Source of the DNA: Ignavibacteria bacterium | GTDB lineage: Bacteria > Bacteroidota > Ignavibacteria > Tepidaquicellales > OLB5 | Direction: 5' to 3' | Length of the DNA: 57,525 nucleotides | Assembly (NCBI GenBank): GCA_049516635.1 | Contig: JBEKSX010000003.1 | Location: 1-57,525 of the forward strand | Part shown: piece after piece, positions 17,020 through 27,002 of the stretch | Position numbering within the stretch: position 1 is the first letter of the stretch | Layout: each line of letters opens with the position of its first letter | Made by a program: the position numbers and the translations under genes | Notes under the pieces: generated by a model | What the model was told of the DNA's origin: nothing | The model's input: only the letters and a program-made list of their open reading frames with translations | Database searches by the model: none

Positions 17020-19491
17020 ATGTCAAAAGCCAGAATCTTAATAGTAGAAGATGATAAAATAATTGCCATGGAGATTAAAGACAGGCTGGAGAATTTTGGC
17101 TACGAAGTTCCCGCCGTTGTCTTTACCGGAGAGCAAGCAATTTCAAAAGCTACCGAATTACTGCCCAATCTGGTCCTGATGGATATTCATTTAAAGGGGG
17201 ATATGGATGGAATAGAAGTTGCGGATAAAATTCATTCGCTGCTTGATATTCCAGTAATATACCTTACCGCCTATGCGGATGAAAATACGCTCCAGCGAGC
17301 AAAGATCACCGAACCTTACGGTTATATTGTCAAACCTCTTGAAGAACGTGAACTGCATTCGACCATCGAGATCACACTTTACAAACACCAGATCGAACGG
17401 AAACTGAAAGAAAGCGAAGAAAATTACCGTGCTATCGTAGAGACCTACGACGGATTTATCTATGTTAATACTCCCGATTATGCAGTGAAGTTCATGAATA
17501 AAAAGATGATAGATCATATAGGATATGATGCAACAGGTGAGACCTGCTACAAATCTCTTTATTCACAGGAAGCGGTTTGCCTTTGGTGTGCAAATAAATC
17601 CGTTTTTGAAGGTCAAACGGTAAAGTTCGAAAGACAAAATGAAAGGGACAAACGCTGGTATTACGAAGTAAGTACACCCATAAATCATCCGGACGGATTC
17701 ATTTACAAGCAGTCGATGATACAGGATATTACCGAGCGTAAAACCTCGGAAGAGAAATTAATATGGGATGAATCGCTCCTTCGTCACATGACGAACAGTT
17801 CACCTCTCGGATTCTATGCAGTCGATGAAAGATCGGGCAGTATAATATATTATAATTATCGGTTCGTTGAATTGTGGCATATCAGCAGAGAAACTGTCAG
17901 AAAAATGACCGAAGGGAAGATAAACGATTTCAGCCTCAGAGAAAAGTTATTTCAACAGGTCAAAAATTTAACTCATTTCAAGGATTCATTTGTACAGTTC
18001 CAAAATATTGATAACATGGCAAGGTTCGAAGACGAGATAAATCTAATTGACGGCAGAGTGATCAGACGCTTTACGACACAGCTGCGTGGTAAAAACGACC
18101 GCTACCTGGGGAGACTCTTTATCTTTGAAGATATTACACAAAGGAAGCTCTATGAATCTCTCCTGCAGAGCGAAGAACAATACCGTTCGCTTATCGAACA
18201 GGCTTCCGATGCCATTGCGGTATCGGACACCGAAGCCAATTTTATCCTGGTAAATACAAAGCTCTCTCAATTGCTCGGGTATACAAGAGAAGAACTCCTT
18301 GGAATGAACTTTAGAAATCTCATTGACCCTCAGGATCTTGAAAGGAGAGCTTTGAACATCAGCGGATTGTATGAAGGGAAAAGCACGATGATCGAACTCA
18401 AGCTGCGAACTAAGAACGGGAGCACTGTTCACGTCGAGATCAACTCGAAAATGTTTGCAAAAGACAGGGTGCACTCGATTATTCGTGACATCTCTGTTCG
18501 AAAGAAGCAGGAGGAAGAGCTTAAGAAAGCCATAATCGATGAAATATACGAAAAGCTTTTCACAAAGCTTCACGCTTTCAGACATGGCGAAAATTCAGCA
18601 ATGAACCTGAACAGGCTTTCGCTCTATTCGAAAAACCTCGAGACTATATGGAAAAGCGAGGATGGAAATAGATATGACGAAGAATTGCAAAAAAGAGCAG
18701 GAGATGAATTAACTGTAATAAGACAATCGGCATTTGACAGGTTAGCAAATACAGTAACCGAATACAGAGAAATCATTGCCCCGCAGATCAAGCAAATAGC
18801 TCATCTTCTGGGAGTGATAGAAAGTGAATTTGACAGTCTCATCATTCAAAAGGAATTTAATTTATCAAGTATTGAAATAATAACAGCTTCAGACAGTCTT
18901 ATCAGAGTGTTTGATGAAATATTAAATATGATAAAAGAAGGGAATTATGCAGAAGATTTAGCTCGGAAAGTTAGGGAGGTTACGGATAATATCAAGATCA
19001 TCAAGAACAGCATTCGTGATACCTCCAAGCTGCTCGAAACAAATTTCTCGACCGAAATAGTAAGAATATCAAGAACGCTTTTGCAAAAATACCAAAAATC
19101 TACTTCTGCCATTAATTTTAATCTCACGTATTCTTCGGAAGATCTCAAAGCGATAATTAATCCGATTGATTATCAGGAGGTTCTAACAGTCTTAATAGAT
19201 AATGCCGTAGACTCGCTTTTAAAAGAGCCAAACGAGAATAAGAGGTATCTAAAATTGGACATATCACGTATTGATAATTTGATAAGGATCCAGGTTGAAA
19301 ATAACGGGGAGAAAATTGATGAATTATCAAGGAAATTGATGTTTACAGAGAAATTTTCTACCAAAGGCGACGGCAGAGGATTTGGTCTAAGCTTTGCGAA
19401 AAAATCCATTGAAAAATATGGAGGCAAAATATTTCTTGACAATAGCTTTGAGGATGGGGCTCGTTTCATAATCGAATTGTTAGTTAATTAA
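17020..19491 (+). CDS. hybrid sensor kinase REC-PAS-PAS-PAS-(atypical DHp)-HATPase
   Basis: ILIVEDD/LMDI/KP receiver; three DIT/DIS-ended PAS domains; DNAVD N-box and FSTKGDGRGFGL G-box. Confidence 0.85.
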   Translation: MSKARILIVEDDKIIAMEIKDRLENFGYEVPAVVFTGEQAISKATELLPNLVLMDIHLKGDMDGIEVADKIHSLLDIPVIYLTAYADENTLQRAKITEPYGYIVKPLEERELHSTIEITLYKHQIERKLKESEENYRAIVETYDGFIYVNTPDYAVKFMNKKMIDHIGYDATGETCYKSLYSQEAVCLWCANKSVFEGQTVKFERQNERDKRWYYEVSTPINHPDGFIYKQSMIQDITERKTSEEKLIWDESLLRHMTNSSPLGFYAVDERSGSIIYYNYRFVELWHISRETVRKMTEGKINDFSLREKLFQQVKNLTHFKDSFVQFQNIDNMARFEDEINLIDGRVIRRFTTQLRGKNDRYLGRLFIFEDITQRKLYESLLQSEEQYRSLIEQASDAIAVSDTEANFILVNTKLSQLLGYTREELLGMNFRNLIDPQDLERRALNISGLYEGKSTMIELKLRTKNGSTVHVEINSKMFAKDRVHSIIRDISVRKKQEEELKKAIIDEIYEKLFTKLHAFRHGENSAMNLNRLSLYSKNLETIWKSEDGNRYDEELQKRAGDELTVIRQSAFDRLANTVTEYREIIAPQIKQIAHLLGVIESEFDSLIIQKEFNLSSIEIITASDSLIRVFDEILNMIKEGNYAEDLARKVREVTDNIKIIKNSIRDTSKLLETNFSTEIVRISRTLLQKYQKSTSAINFNLTYSSEDLKAIINPIDYQEVLTVLIDNAVDSLLKEPNENKRYLKLDISRIDNLIRIQVENNGEKIDELSRKLMFTEKFSTKGDGRGFGLSFAKKSIEKYGGKIFLDNSFEDGARFIIELLVN

Positions 19492-19564
19492 CTGTGATTA
19501 TATAGTATAAGGAATGAGAATATAATTAATATGAGAAAACAGATAAAAAGGAGGAATCAGGGTT

Positions 19565-20941
19565 ATGGAAAAGTTACTTGTCATTGATGACAATCTTTCT
19601 TTTTTAGATGATGTTGAAGTATTGCTCGGAAAGAAATTCCAGGTGATCAAAGCTTCGACTGCGGGGAAAGGACTTGATATACTTGCTTCGGAACGGATTT
19701 CAGTAGTTCTGCTGGACCTTCAGCTTACGGATATGTTCGGTCTTGAAGTCCTGCAGAAGATACATAATGAGATCGATTCTTACCTTCCTGTAATAATAAT
19801 AACCGAACACGACGAAATAGAATATGTTGTCAAGGCAATGAAATACGGTGCATACGATTTTATTGCAAAGGATTTTAACCTCGAGTTGCTCTCTTCAAAG
19901 ATAATGAAAGCGCTGGAAAGGCGTGAACTTGAGATAAGCATCCAGGAACTGCAAAACACCTTCTCGGAACATCAGAATAAATTTATTTTTTCCTGCGAAG
20001 AGATGAAGAAGCTCAATTATGAGATCACACGCCTGGCAAACCTGAGCTTTGACATACTTCTGACGGGTGAAACTGGATCGGGCAAAGATCTTGTGGCAAC
20101 AGAAATTTATTCCCGAAGCAAAAGAAAAGATAAACCGTTTATATCGGTGCCGATAAGAAGCTTGAGTGAGACCATAATCGAATCCGAATTATTCGGGCAC
20201 GAGAAAGGTGCATTTTCAGGTGCCGATAAAATGAAGATAGGAAAGTTTGAAGCTGCGAATAAAGGTACAATATACATACCCGAGATCTCATCTCTACCTG
20301 AATCTATCCAGTTGAAGCTGCTCTATTTTATGCAATATAAAGCAATATCGAGGGTAGGTCAGGATCCTCAAAAAGGTGAAATAAAACTCGATTTAAGGTT
20401 GATCATGGCAACTAACGATGATCTGCAGGAGCTTGTAGAAAAAGGGAAGATAAGAGAAGATTTCTATCATAGAATCACGGGCTTAACACTTAATGTACCC
20501 CCGCTTCGTGAAAGAAAAGATGATATCGAACATCTTGCAAATTATTTTTTAAATAAATATTCACAGTTCATATACGGCAGGAGATGTGAATTTGATCCGA
20601 AAGTGATCGAAGCATTTAAGAAATCCAAATGGCCTGGTAATGTGAGAGAATTATCCAATATTATAAAGAATGTGCTTGCGTATACAGATTCCCCCGTATT
20701 GACATTGGATCATTTCCCCACACTGGATCTGAATGAAGATAAATCTCACCAGGCTTATGCACATCTAAAAGCTGATGACAATAATTTTCCTGATTACAAA
20801 TCTGCAGATCTGGAATTCAAGCGTGCATATTTCCAGGAGTTATGGCAGAGATCAGGCGAAAAGGTAAGTATGGCAGCAAAAATTGCAGGGTTAACACCTC
20901 AGGGATTAAGAAAGATACTCAATGCGTTAAAGCTAAATTAG
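19565..20941 (+). CDS. NtrC-family (sigma54 enhancer-binding) response regulator with degenerate Walker B
   Basis: REC domain, GETGSGKD, ESELFGHEKGAFSGA, WPGNVREL, C-terminal Fis-type HTH; Walker B reads IYIPEI. Confidence 0.9.
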   Translation: MEKLLVIDDNLSFLDDVEVLLGKKFQVIKASTAGKGLDILASERISVVLLDLQLTDMFGLEVLQKIHNEIDSYLPVIIITEHDEIEYVVKAMKYGAYDFIAKDFNLELLSSKIMKALERRELEISIQELQNTFSEHQNKFIFSCEEMKKLNYEITRLANLSFDILLTGETGSGKDLVATEIYSRSKRKDKPFISVPIRSLSETIIESELFGHEKGAFSGADKMKIGKFEAANKGTIYIPEISSLPESIQLKLLYFMQYKAISRVGQDPQKGEIKLDLRLIMATNDDLQELVEKGKIREDFYHRITGLTLNVPPLRERKDDIEHLANYFLNKYSQFIYGRRCEFDPKVIEAFKKSKWPGNVRELSNIIKNVLAYTDSPVLTLDHFPTLDLNEDKSHQAYAHLKADDNNFPDYKSADLEFKRAYFQELWQRSGEKVSMAAKIAGLTPQGLRKILNALKLN

Positions 20942-20949
20942 ATAAGAAA

Positions 20950-21000
20950 GGAAACAAATGTTTACGGAAACAACAGTTTCCATTCCGAAATGCGGGTTTC
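20950..21000. promoter_or_regulatory. three tandem GAAAC-N4-GTTTC-like palindromes (candidate enhancer/UAS)
   Basis: GGAAACAAATGTTTAC, GGAAACAACAGTTTCC, CGAAATGCGGGTTTC directly after the regulator stop. Confidence 0.55.
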
Positions 21001-21059
21001 TTAATTTTTGAATATTTTTCATCAAATATGGAAAATTCAAGGTTTTTAAACCTTTTTTT

Positions 21060-21074
21060 TGGCATAGAATTAGT
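21060..21074 (+). promoter_or_regulatory. sigma54-like -24/-12 promoter candidate
   Basis: TGGCATAGAATTAGT: good -24 box, imperfect -12 (TAGT versus TTGC) at the correct spacing. Confidence 0.4.
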
Positions 21075-21082
21075 GTAATGAT

Positions 21083-21343
21083 ATGTCAATTGAGATAGAA
21101 AAAATGGCAAATCAGAAATTTAACCATACCAGGGTGAAAACAGTCAAGACGTGTTATAAACTATGCCCATCATGCGGTAATTTTTCGATTAACACAGGGC
21201 ATGATATTTTTTGCATAGTGTGCGGTGAAAAGCTGATAGAGGAATGTCCAAATTGCAAAGAGCCAATAATCTATCCCACAGCGAAATACTGTCCGGTTTG
21301 CGGAGTGAATTTCAGCAAAAAAATTATATACGAGAGAAAATAA
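21083..21343 (+). CDS. double zinc-ribbon protein
   Basis: CPSC, CIVC, CPNC, CPVC; real start may be the second Met (21104). Confidence 0.8.
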   Translation: MSIEIEKMANQKFNHTRVKTVKTCYKLCPSCGNFSINTGHDIFCIVCGEKLIEECPNCKEPIIYPTAKYCPVCGVNFSKKIIYERK

Positions 21344-21565
21344 AGAGTTTTGATAATATGTTCTCAATACGATAATTATCGTTCTTAGCACCGCAGGTGG
21401 TTTACCTTTGCAATCTTCAGGGTGGAGGTATAAACATCTAGCTAATTCTAGAAAATCGTAGTAGTTAAGCTGGCAATGTCCTGAAAATAAACTTATAGGC
21501 ATTGCGAATTGATGCGGATTATTTATTGAACATGTAAATATTAAATCTACGAAAGGGGTAGTTGT

Positions 21566-22999
21566 ATGTTTTTTAAACAATATTCTTTATTGTTTCTTAT
21601 GCTTATTGTTAATTTAGCTGCAGCATCCTATGCGTTCATATTTGATACAGGTCAAGACAATGGCATTTTAAATCCTTATGCAGGTGAATGTTATTTGTCT
21701 GGATCTGTTTCTCCCGGTCAGGGTCAGGGGAGCATTAAAAATCACGGGGTATTATTATCAGCTACGTGGTATCCTATATCCAATATTCCATACCCTACCT
21801 ATTATGGCGGGGGAGTATGTTATCAAAGAAACGATACAGGGTGGATATACGTGATAGGAGGAAATGGCACAGGAACAGGTACAAATAGAGCTTTGCGATA
21901 TAATGCCAATACTAATGTTTGGCAGAGTCTCCAGGATCTTCCGGCACCTTTGCGTGGGATCGGGACTGCAGTGATAAAAGATTCGATCTATAGCTTCGGG
22001 GGTATTAGTCCCTCCGGCACGTATACAAACGCTTTATATCTATACAGCATTACGGATAATAGCTGGAGTTCGAGGAAGAATCTACCTGTCTTAATGGGAT
22101 ATTCAAAAGGTGTAGGATTTGAAGACAGTTTGATCTATACAGCAGGTGGAAGCAACGGCACCATTGCATACAATAATGTCTTTCTCTACAATGCCAATTC
22201 GGATACATGGCGAGCGGCAACTCCTTTACCTTCACCGAGAGTGGGAGGTGCATTTTCGAGGTCTGGGGATACTCTGGTTTATATTGGCGGAGCTGAGCCG
22301 AGTGGCGCAATTTACAATACTACCTTTAAAGGAGTAATTAGCAGAACGGACCGAAGTATTATACAGTGGACAACAGGTACAGCTTTTCCTGCGGGACCTA
22401 TGTTTAGAATGGATGCACAACCATGGGGATGTAAAGGAATAATTATCACAGGAGGCAGCTCTCAGGTCTTGTTTACAAGTGTTTCTAATGCATGTTATTC
22501 ATATAGTCCGGGTTTAAATTCATGGGCACAGCAGCCTAATAAGCCCACATCGTGGACATGCGGACAAAGCGGAACGTTCTACAGGCAGGATGGAACCTGG
22601 GAATTAGTGTGTGCCTCAGGATGGGGCGGACAATCTATCTTGTATAATACCGAAGTGCTGTATGAATTACTAGGATGTAATCTGACCGGGATAACTAATT
22701 CTAGTAACATTCCCGGGACTTATGAGCTCAAGCAGAATTTCCCGAATCCATTCAATCCCGAAACCGGGATCACTTTTATGCTTCCGGCAAGATCAATGGT
22801 CAGTTTAACGGTATATGATGTTTCCGGTAAAGAGGTTGCTGAACTCGTTAATAAACAGTTGAACGCTGGTAATTTTACGATAAAATGGAAAGCAGAGAAT
22901 TATCCGAGCAGTGTTTATTTTTACAGAATCCGTGCAGAATCGGTTCAGAGCGAAGGAGTTATTTTTCAACAAACTAAAAAAATGATGCTTATAAAATAG
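21566..22999 (+). CDS. secreted Kelch-repeat protein with T9SS sorting domain
   Basis: Signal peptide; IYVIGG/IYSFGG/IYTAGG..Y..W Kelch repeats; QNFPNPFNP CTD. Confidence 0.85.
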   Translation: MFFKQYSLLFLMLIVNLAAASYAFIFDTGQDNGILNPYAGECYLSGSVSPGQGQGSIKNHGVLLSATWYPISNIPYPTYYGGGVCYQRNDTGWIYVIGGNGTGTGTNRALRYNANTNVWQSLQDLPAPLRGIGTAVIKDSIYSFGGISPSGTYTNALYLYSITDNSWSSRKNLPVLMGYSKGVGFEDSLIYTAGGSNGTIAYNNVFLYNANSDTWRAATPLPSPRVGGAFSRSGDTLVYIGGAEPSGAIYNTTFKGVISRTDRSIIQWTTGTAFPAGPMFRMDAQPWGCKGIIITGGSSQVLFTSVSNACYSYSPGLNSWAQQPNKPTSWTCGQSGTFYRQDGTWELVCASGWGGQSILYNTEVLYELLGCNLTGITNSSNIPGTYELKQNFPNPFNPETGITFMLPARSMVSLTVYDVSGKEVAELVNKQLNAGNFTIKWKAENYPSSVYFYRIRAESVQSEGVIFQQTKKMMLIK

Positions 23000-23106
23000 G
23001 GTGTTTAAATTTGATTAAGAAAATCTTAGGATTACGTGAAAAGATGGTCAAATAAGGATACTATCGCTGTAGAAAATAATTATATTTCCTGAAAATATAT
23101 AGAATA

Positions 23107-26100
23107 ATGCAGGAGAGGGGCAAACCAAAAACACAGCTTTTAGCTGAAATCAAAGAGCTCAAGAGTAAAATTAACGAGCTCGAAAATCTACATAATGGCA
23201 GTTCAGAATCAGCCGCCAGAAAAGAATCTATTACCAATCTTCAGAGATGGGAAGCTCTGTTTGAAAATGTAGATGTTTTACTTTGGTCGGTGAGGGAAGA
23301 ACCTGACGGAATATTATATTACGAAAAAGTCAACCAGATATTTGCGGGAGTTACCGGCAGGGTTCCTTCTGACTACGACAGTAAACCTGTCAGAGAGCTA
23401 GGCTCGGAAGAAGACCTTGAACAGATAAAACATTCTTTAAGTGTAGCAAAGCGTTCGGGTGTTTATACATATTATAAGAGTGTAGGTGATAAACAAAACA
23501 ATAGAACTTTTATTATCCGCATTATATCTCTGCCCCCCGCTGACGGCATATATCATTATATTGGTTCAGGGATAGATATAACAGAACGTATAAAAGCTGA
23601 AGATGCGCTCAAGCAGGAAAAGAATAATGTCCAGACCTATCTTGACATCGTAGGTGTTATGCTCCTCGTGATAGGAGAGGATGAAAAAGTAAGATTGATC
23701 AACAGAAAAGGATGTGAGTTATTAGGATGCAGTGAAGAAGAGGTGATCGGCAAGAACTGGTTCGATACCTTCGTACCTAAAAAGGTACGCGAGGACATAA
23801 GGGGACGTTTCAGAAACCTCATGACGGGTACACAACCCAGTGAGTATTTTGAAAATCCCATTATGTCGAAGCTCGGAGTTGAGAAAATAATACTTTGGCA
23901 TAATACGATATTAAGAGATGAAAATGGTAAACCTGCCGGGTTATTAGGTTCCGGCGAAGATATAACGGAACGTAAAAAGGTTGAAAAAGAACTGCAAAGA
24001 CATACAAGGACCATCGAAGCGTTATATGAACTATCTACAAAGATCAGTAGATCTTCCGATCTTGATGACCTTCTTGAAAGAACAACAAAGCATTTTGCCG
24101 AAACACCGGGAGTAATGGCTGGTGCAGTATATCTTATGAACGATGACCGGAATGAGATGTTATTAAAGAAATCGTTCGGAACGATGAAAACATTTTTTGA
24201 TTCAGCTTCCTGTTTGCCATTAACAAATCCGTTTGTTAATTCTGTTCTGAATAGTGTAGCTGTATTTGCAGAGGTCCTATTCGACAAGAAGGAAATGGAT
24301 AAGGAGATAGGGAACAGAATATCGGCTGCTATGAGACGGGATAAGGAAGTGCTTGGAATTCTCAGCATGATAGTTAAGGATGTTGATGATTATACCATTG
24401 ATTTCTTCGGCTTGACTGCTTCCGAGATGGAAAGAAGCATAATACGCAAGATGTCAGAGCAGGAACTTCTTTCTACAAAGCAGATTCTCGAAAAGATCAC
24501 TTATACATCTCCCACTTTTATCAGTGTGTTTGATATACCGAGCAAGAAGATACTCTTCAGCAACCATTCTGTCCTTGAATCACTTGGGTACTCATCCGAA
24601 GAAATTGCCAGGATAAGCGCTGTGACATATGATGAAAGACGATATATGTATCATCCGGACGACCAGAATAACCTGGACGAGTTTGAGGTGCGATTTGCAA
24701 CTTTGAAAGACGGAGAAATTAACGAAACAGAATACCGTGTTAAAGACAGCAATGGTGAATGGTTCTGGTTCAGGCACCTGGCTGCAGTATTCGCTAGGAA
24801 TGAAGAGGGGGAAATAGTCCAATCCGTGAACATCATGGAGAACATTACCGTAAGAAAACGCAGCGAACAGGAACTTATAGAAACCAAGCAGCTTCTCGAA
24901 AAGATTACGGAAACATCACCTGCTATCATAAATGTGTTTGACGCACGCACACACGCCAATATATATGAGAACCGCTCACTGATAAGGTCACTCGGTTATT
25001 CTGCTGAAATAGAAGAGTATCTCGGAACCATTTCTTTACAGGAACGGGTAAGATTTCTTTTTCATCACGATGATGTCCCTATCATAGATGAGTTCTATGA
25101 TAAGATCCCTGCAATGAAAGACGGCGAATTTTATGAAATGGAATTCCGAATGAAGGATGCTGCCGGAGGATTGCAGTGGATACGAAGGCTTTCAAGCGTC
25201 TTTCATCGTGATGAAAAGGGTGTTCCGTACCAGATGGTAAGCATTTTTGAGAATATCACCCAGAGCAAGCTTACCGATGAAAAATTGAGGCAAAAGACCG
25301 ATCAACTGATATGCCAGCAGGCATCACTGCTTGAACTTGTAAGGATGAAGGATTTTGACCTGGACTCTGCTTTCAGGGGTATATCGGAACTTACTTCTAA
25401 AACTCTCAATGCCGACAGGGTAGGTATATGGATGTTTGAGAAGGATAATCATCAGGTCGGGTGTAAAGATCTTTACGAGACAAAATTAAACTTTCACAAG
25501 AACAGCTTCCATTTTAGTTCCGAACACTTTATCAAATATTTTGAAAATCTTGATTTTGACCAGGCAACAATACAGGTACAGGGGGAGATCGATCCGGGCA
25601 TAGCTGAATTTGCACAGGAATATTTAATGCCATTTGGCACAACATCAATGCTTTGTGTCCGTATAAGGATGCACGGTGAGACAGTAGGGGTCATCTGCTA
25701 TGAAACAACGGATCCATACAGGATGTGGACGATAGAAGAACAGGATTTTGTTATTTCGGTATCCAGCGTTATTTCTCTTGCACTCGAGGTTGCAGAGCGT
25801 AAACGTACTGAAGAATTATTAAGTCGGAGGACCGACCAGATCATACGGCAGCAGGCAGCACTTCTGGAGCTCTCGAAAATGAAAGATTATGACCTCAAGT
25901 CCGCGTTCAGGTATATTACAGAAATTAGCTGCAAGGCATCCAATGCACAGCGCACAAGTATATGGCTGTTCAATAAGGACCTGACTGAAGTGGTGTGTGA
26001 AGATATCTATGAGCTTACTAATGATACCCATGGCGATGTGATGCGCCTGTCGGCTAACGATTTTGCTAAATATTTTCAGACAATCATATCGGATAAGAAG

Positions 26101-26997
26101 CTGTTCACATCCGAAGCCGAAAAAGATCCGAGAACAAAAGATTTTGCTGAAAAGTATCTGGTTCCCTTCGGATCGACCGCGATGCTCGTATCACGCATAC
26201 GCTTGCACGGCGATATACTCGGATTCATCTGTTTCGAAAGCCGGGATCCGTCGAAAAAAGACTGGTCTGTCGAAGAGTATGATTTTGCCCTGGCGGTCTC
26301 GGGTTATGTTTCCATAGTTCTTGAAACTGCAGAACGAAAGAAAGCAGAAACAGAGATAAAGAACTCGCTCAAAGAAAAAGAGCTGCTCCTCAGGGAGATC
26401 CATCATAGAGTAAAAAATAATTTACAGGTGGTTTCTTCTCTGCTGTATCTGCAATCCAAAAAGGTCAAAGATCAAAATACGCTTGATGCGTTTCTTGAGA
26501 GCCAGAGGCGGGTGAGAACGATGGTTCTGGTTCATGAAAAGCTCTATCAATCTAAAGATCTTGGACGTATCGATTATTCAGAATATATCAAGAGCCTTAC
26601 AGGCTCTGTTTTCAGGTCTTATAATGCCGATCCCTTTGCTATAAGAATGAATATCAATGTCAAGGAAGTATACTTGAATCTTGATTCTGCAATACACTGC
26701 GGATTAATAATAAACGAACTGGTATCAAATTCGCTCAAGCATGCATTCCCGCAGAGCACGAAGGGTGAGATCAACATTGATTTTCAGCACGATGATAAAG
26801 GTAATTATACTCTGAAAGTAAGTGATAACGGTGTTGGTTTTCCCGAGACCCTCAATTTCCGGGAGACCGAATCATTGGGGCTGCAATTGGTCCTCAATTT
26901 GGTTGAACAGCTCGAAGGAACCATTGAGCTAGACAAGAGCAAAGGTACGTCCTTCATTATTAAATTTGTACAAAAAAAGCATGAAGAAGGGAGATAA
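23107..26997 (+). CDS. cytoplasmic multi-PAS/GAF histidine kinase (HisKA_2 type)
   Basis: About four PAS and three GAF domains; LLREIHHRVKNNLQ H-box; NELVSNSLKHAF, SDNGVG, SLGL. Confidence 0.9.
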   Translation: MQERGKPKTQLLAEIKELKSKINELENLHNGSSESAARKESITNLQRWEALFENVDVLLWSVREEPDGILYYEKVNQIFAGVTGRVPSDYDSKPVRELGSEEDLEQIKHSLSVAKRSGVYTYYKSVGDKQNNRTFIIRIISLPPADGIYHYIGSGIDITERIKAEDALKQEKNNVQTYLDIVGVMLLVIGEDEKVRLINRKGCELLGCSEEEVIGKNWFDTFVPKKVREDIRGRFRNLMTGTQPSEYFENPIMSKLGVEKIILWHNTILRDENGKPAGLLGSGEDITERKKVEKELQRHTRTIEALYELSTKISRSSDLDDLLERTTKHFAETPGVMAGAVYLMNDDRNEMLLKKSFGTMKTFFDSASCLPLTNPFVNSVLNSVAVFAEVLFDKKEMDKEIGNRISAAMRRDKEVLGILSMIVKDVDDYTIDFFGLTASEMERSIIRKMSEQELLSTKQILEKITYTSPTFISVFDIPSKKILFSNHSVLESLGYSSEEIARISAVTYDERRYMYHPDDQNNLDEFEVRFATLKDGEINETEYRVKDSNGEWFWFRHLAAVFARNEEGEIVQSVNIMENITVRKRSEQELIETKQLLEKITETSPAIINVFDARTHANIYENRSLIRSLGYSAEIEEYLGTISLQERVRFLFHHDDVPIIDEFYDKIPAMKDGEFYEMEFRMKDAAGGLQWIRRLSSVFHRDEKGVPYQMVSIFENITQSKLTDEKLRQKTDQLICQQASLLELVRMKDFDLDSAFRGISELTSKTLNADRVGIWMFEKDNHQVGCKDLYETKLNFHKNSFHFSSEHFIKYFENLDFDQATIQVQGEIDPGIAEFAQEYLMPFGTTSMLCVRIRMHGETVGVICYETTDPYRMWTIEEQDFVISVSSVISLALEVAERKRTEELLSRRTDQIIRQQAALLELSKMKDYDLKSAFRYITEISCKASNAQRTSIWLFNKDLTEVVCEDIYELTNDTHGDVMRLSANDFAKYFQTIISDKKLFTSEAEKDPRTKDFAEKYLVPFGSTAMLVSRIRLHGDILGFICFESRDPSKKDWSVEEYDFALAVSGYVSIVLETAERKKAETEIKNSLKEKELLLREIHHRVKNNLQVVSSLLYLQSKKVKDQNTLDAFLESQRRVRTMVLVHEKLYQSKDLGRIDYSEYIKSLTGSVFRSYNADPFAIRMNINVKEVYLNLDSAIHCGLIINELVSNSLKHAFPQSTKGEINIDFQHDDKGNYTLKVSDNGVGFPETLNFRETESLGLQLVLNLVEQLEGTIELDKSKGTSFIIKFVQKKHEEGR

Positions 26998-27002
26998 CCA
27001 TC

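Noticed and set aside
23637-24368. Long antisense ORFs (243 aa here; others at 18043-18585, 30305-30808, 44673-45167)
   Set aside because: Shadow frames opposite well-supported genes, with no recognisable motifs
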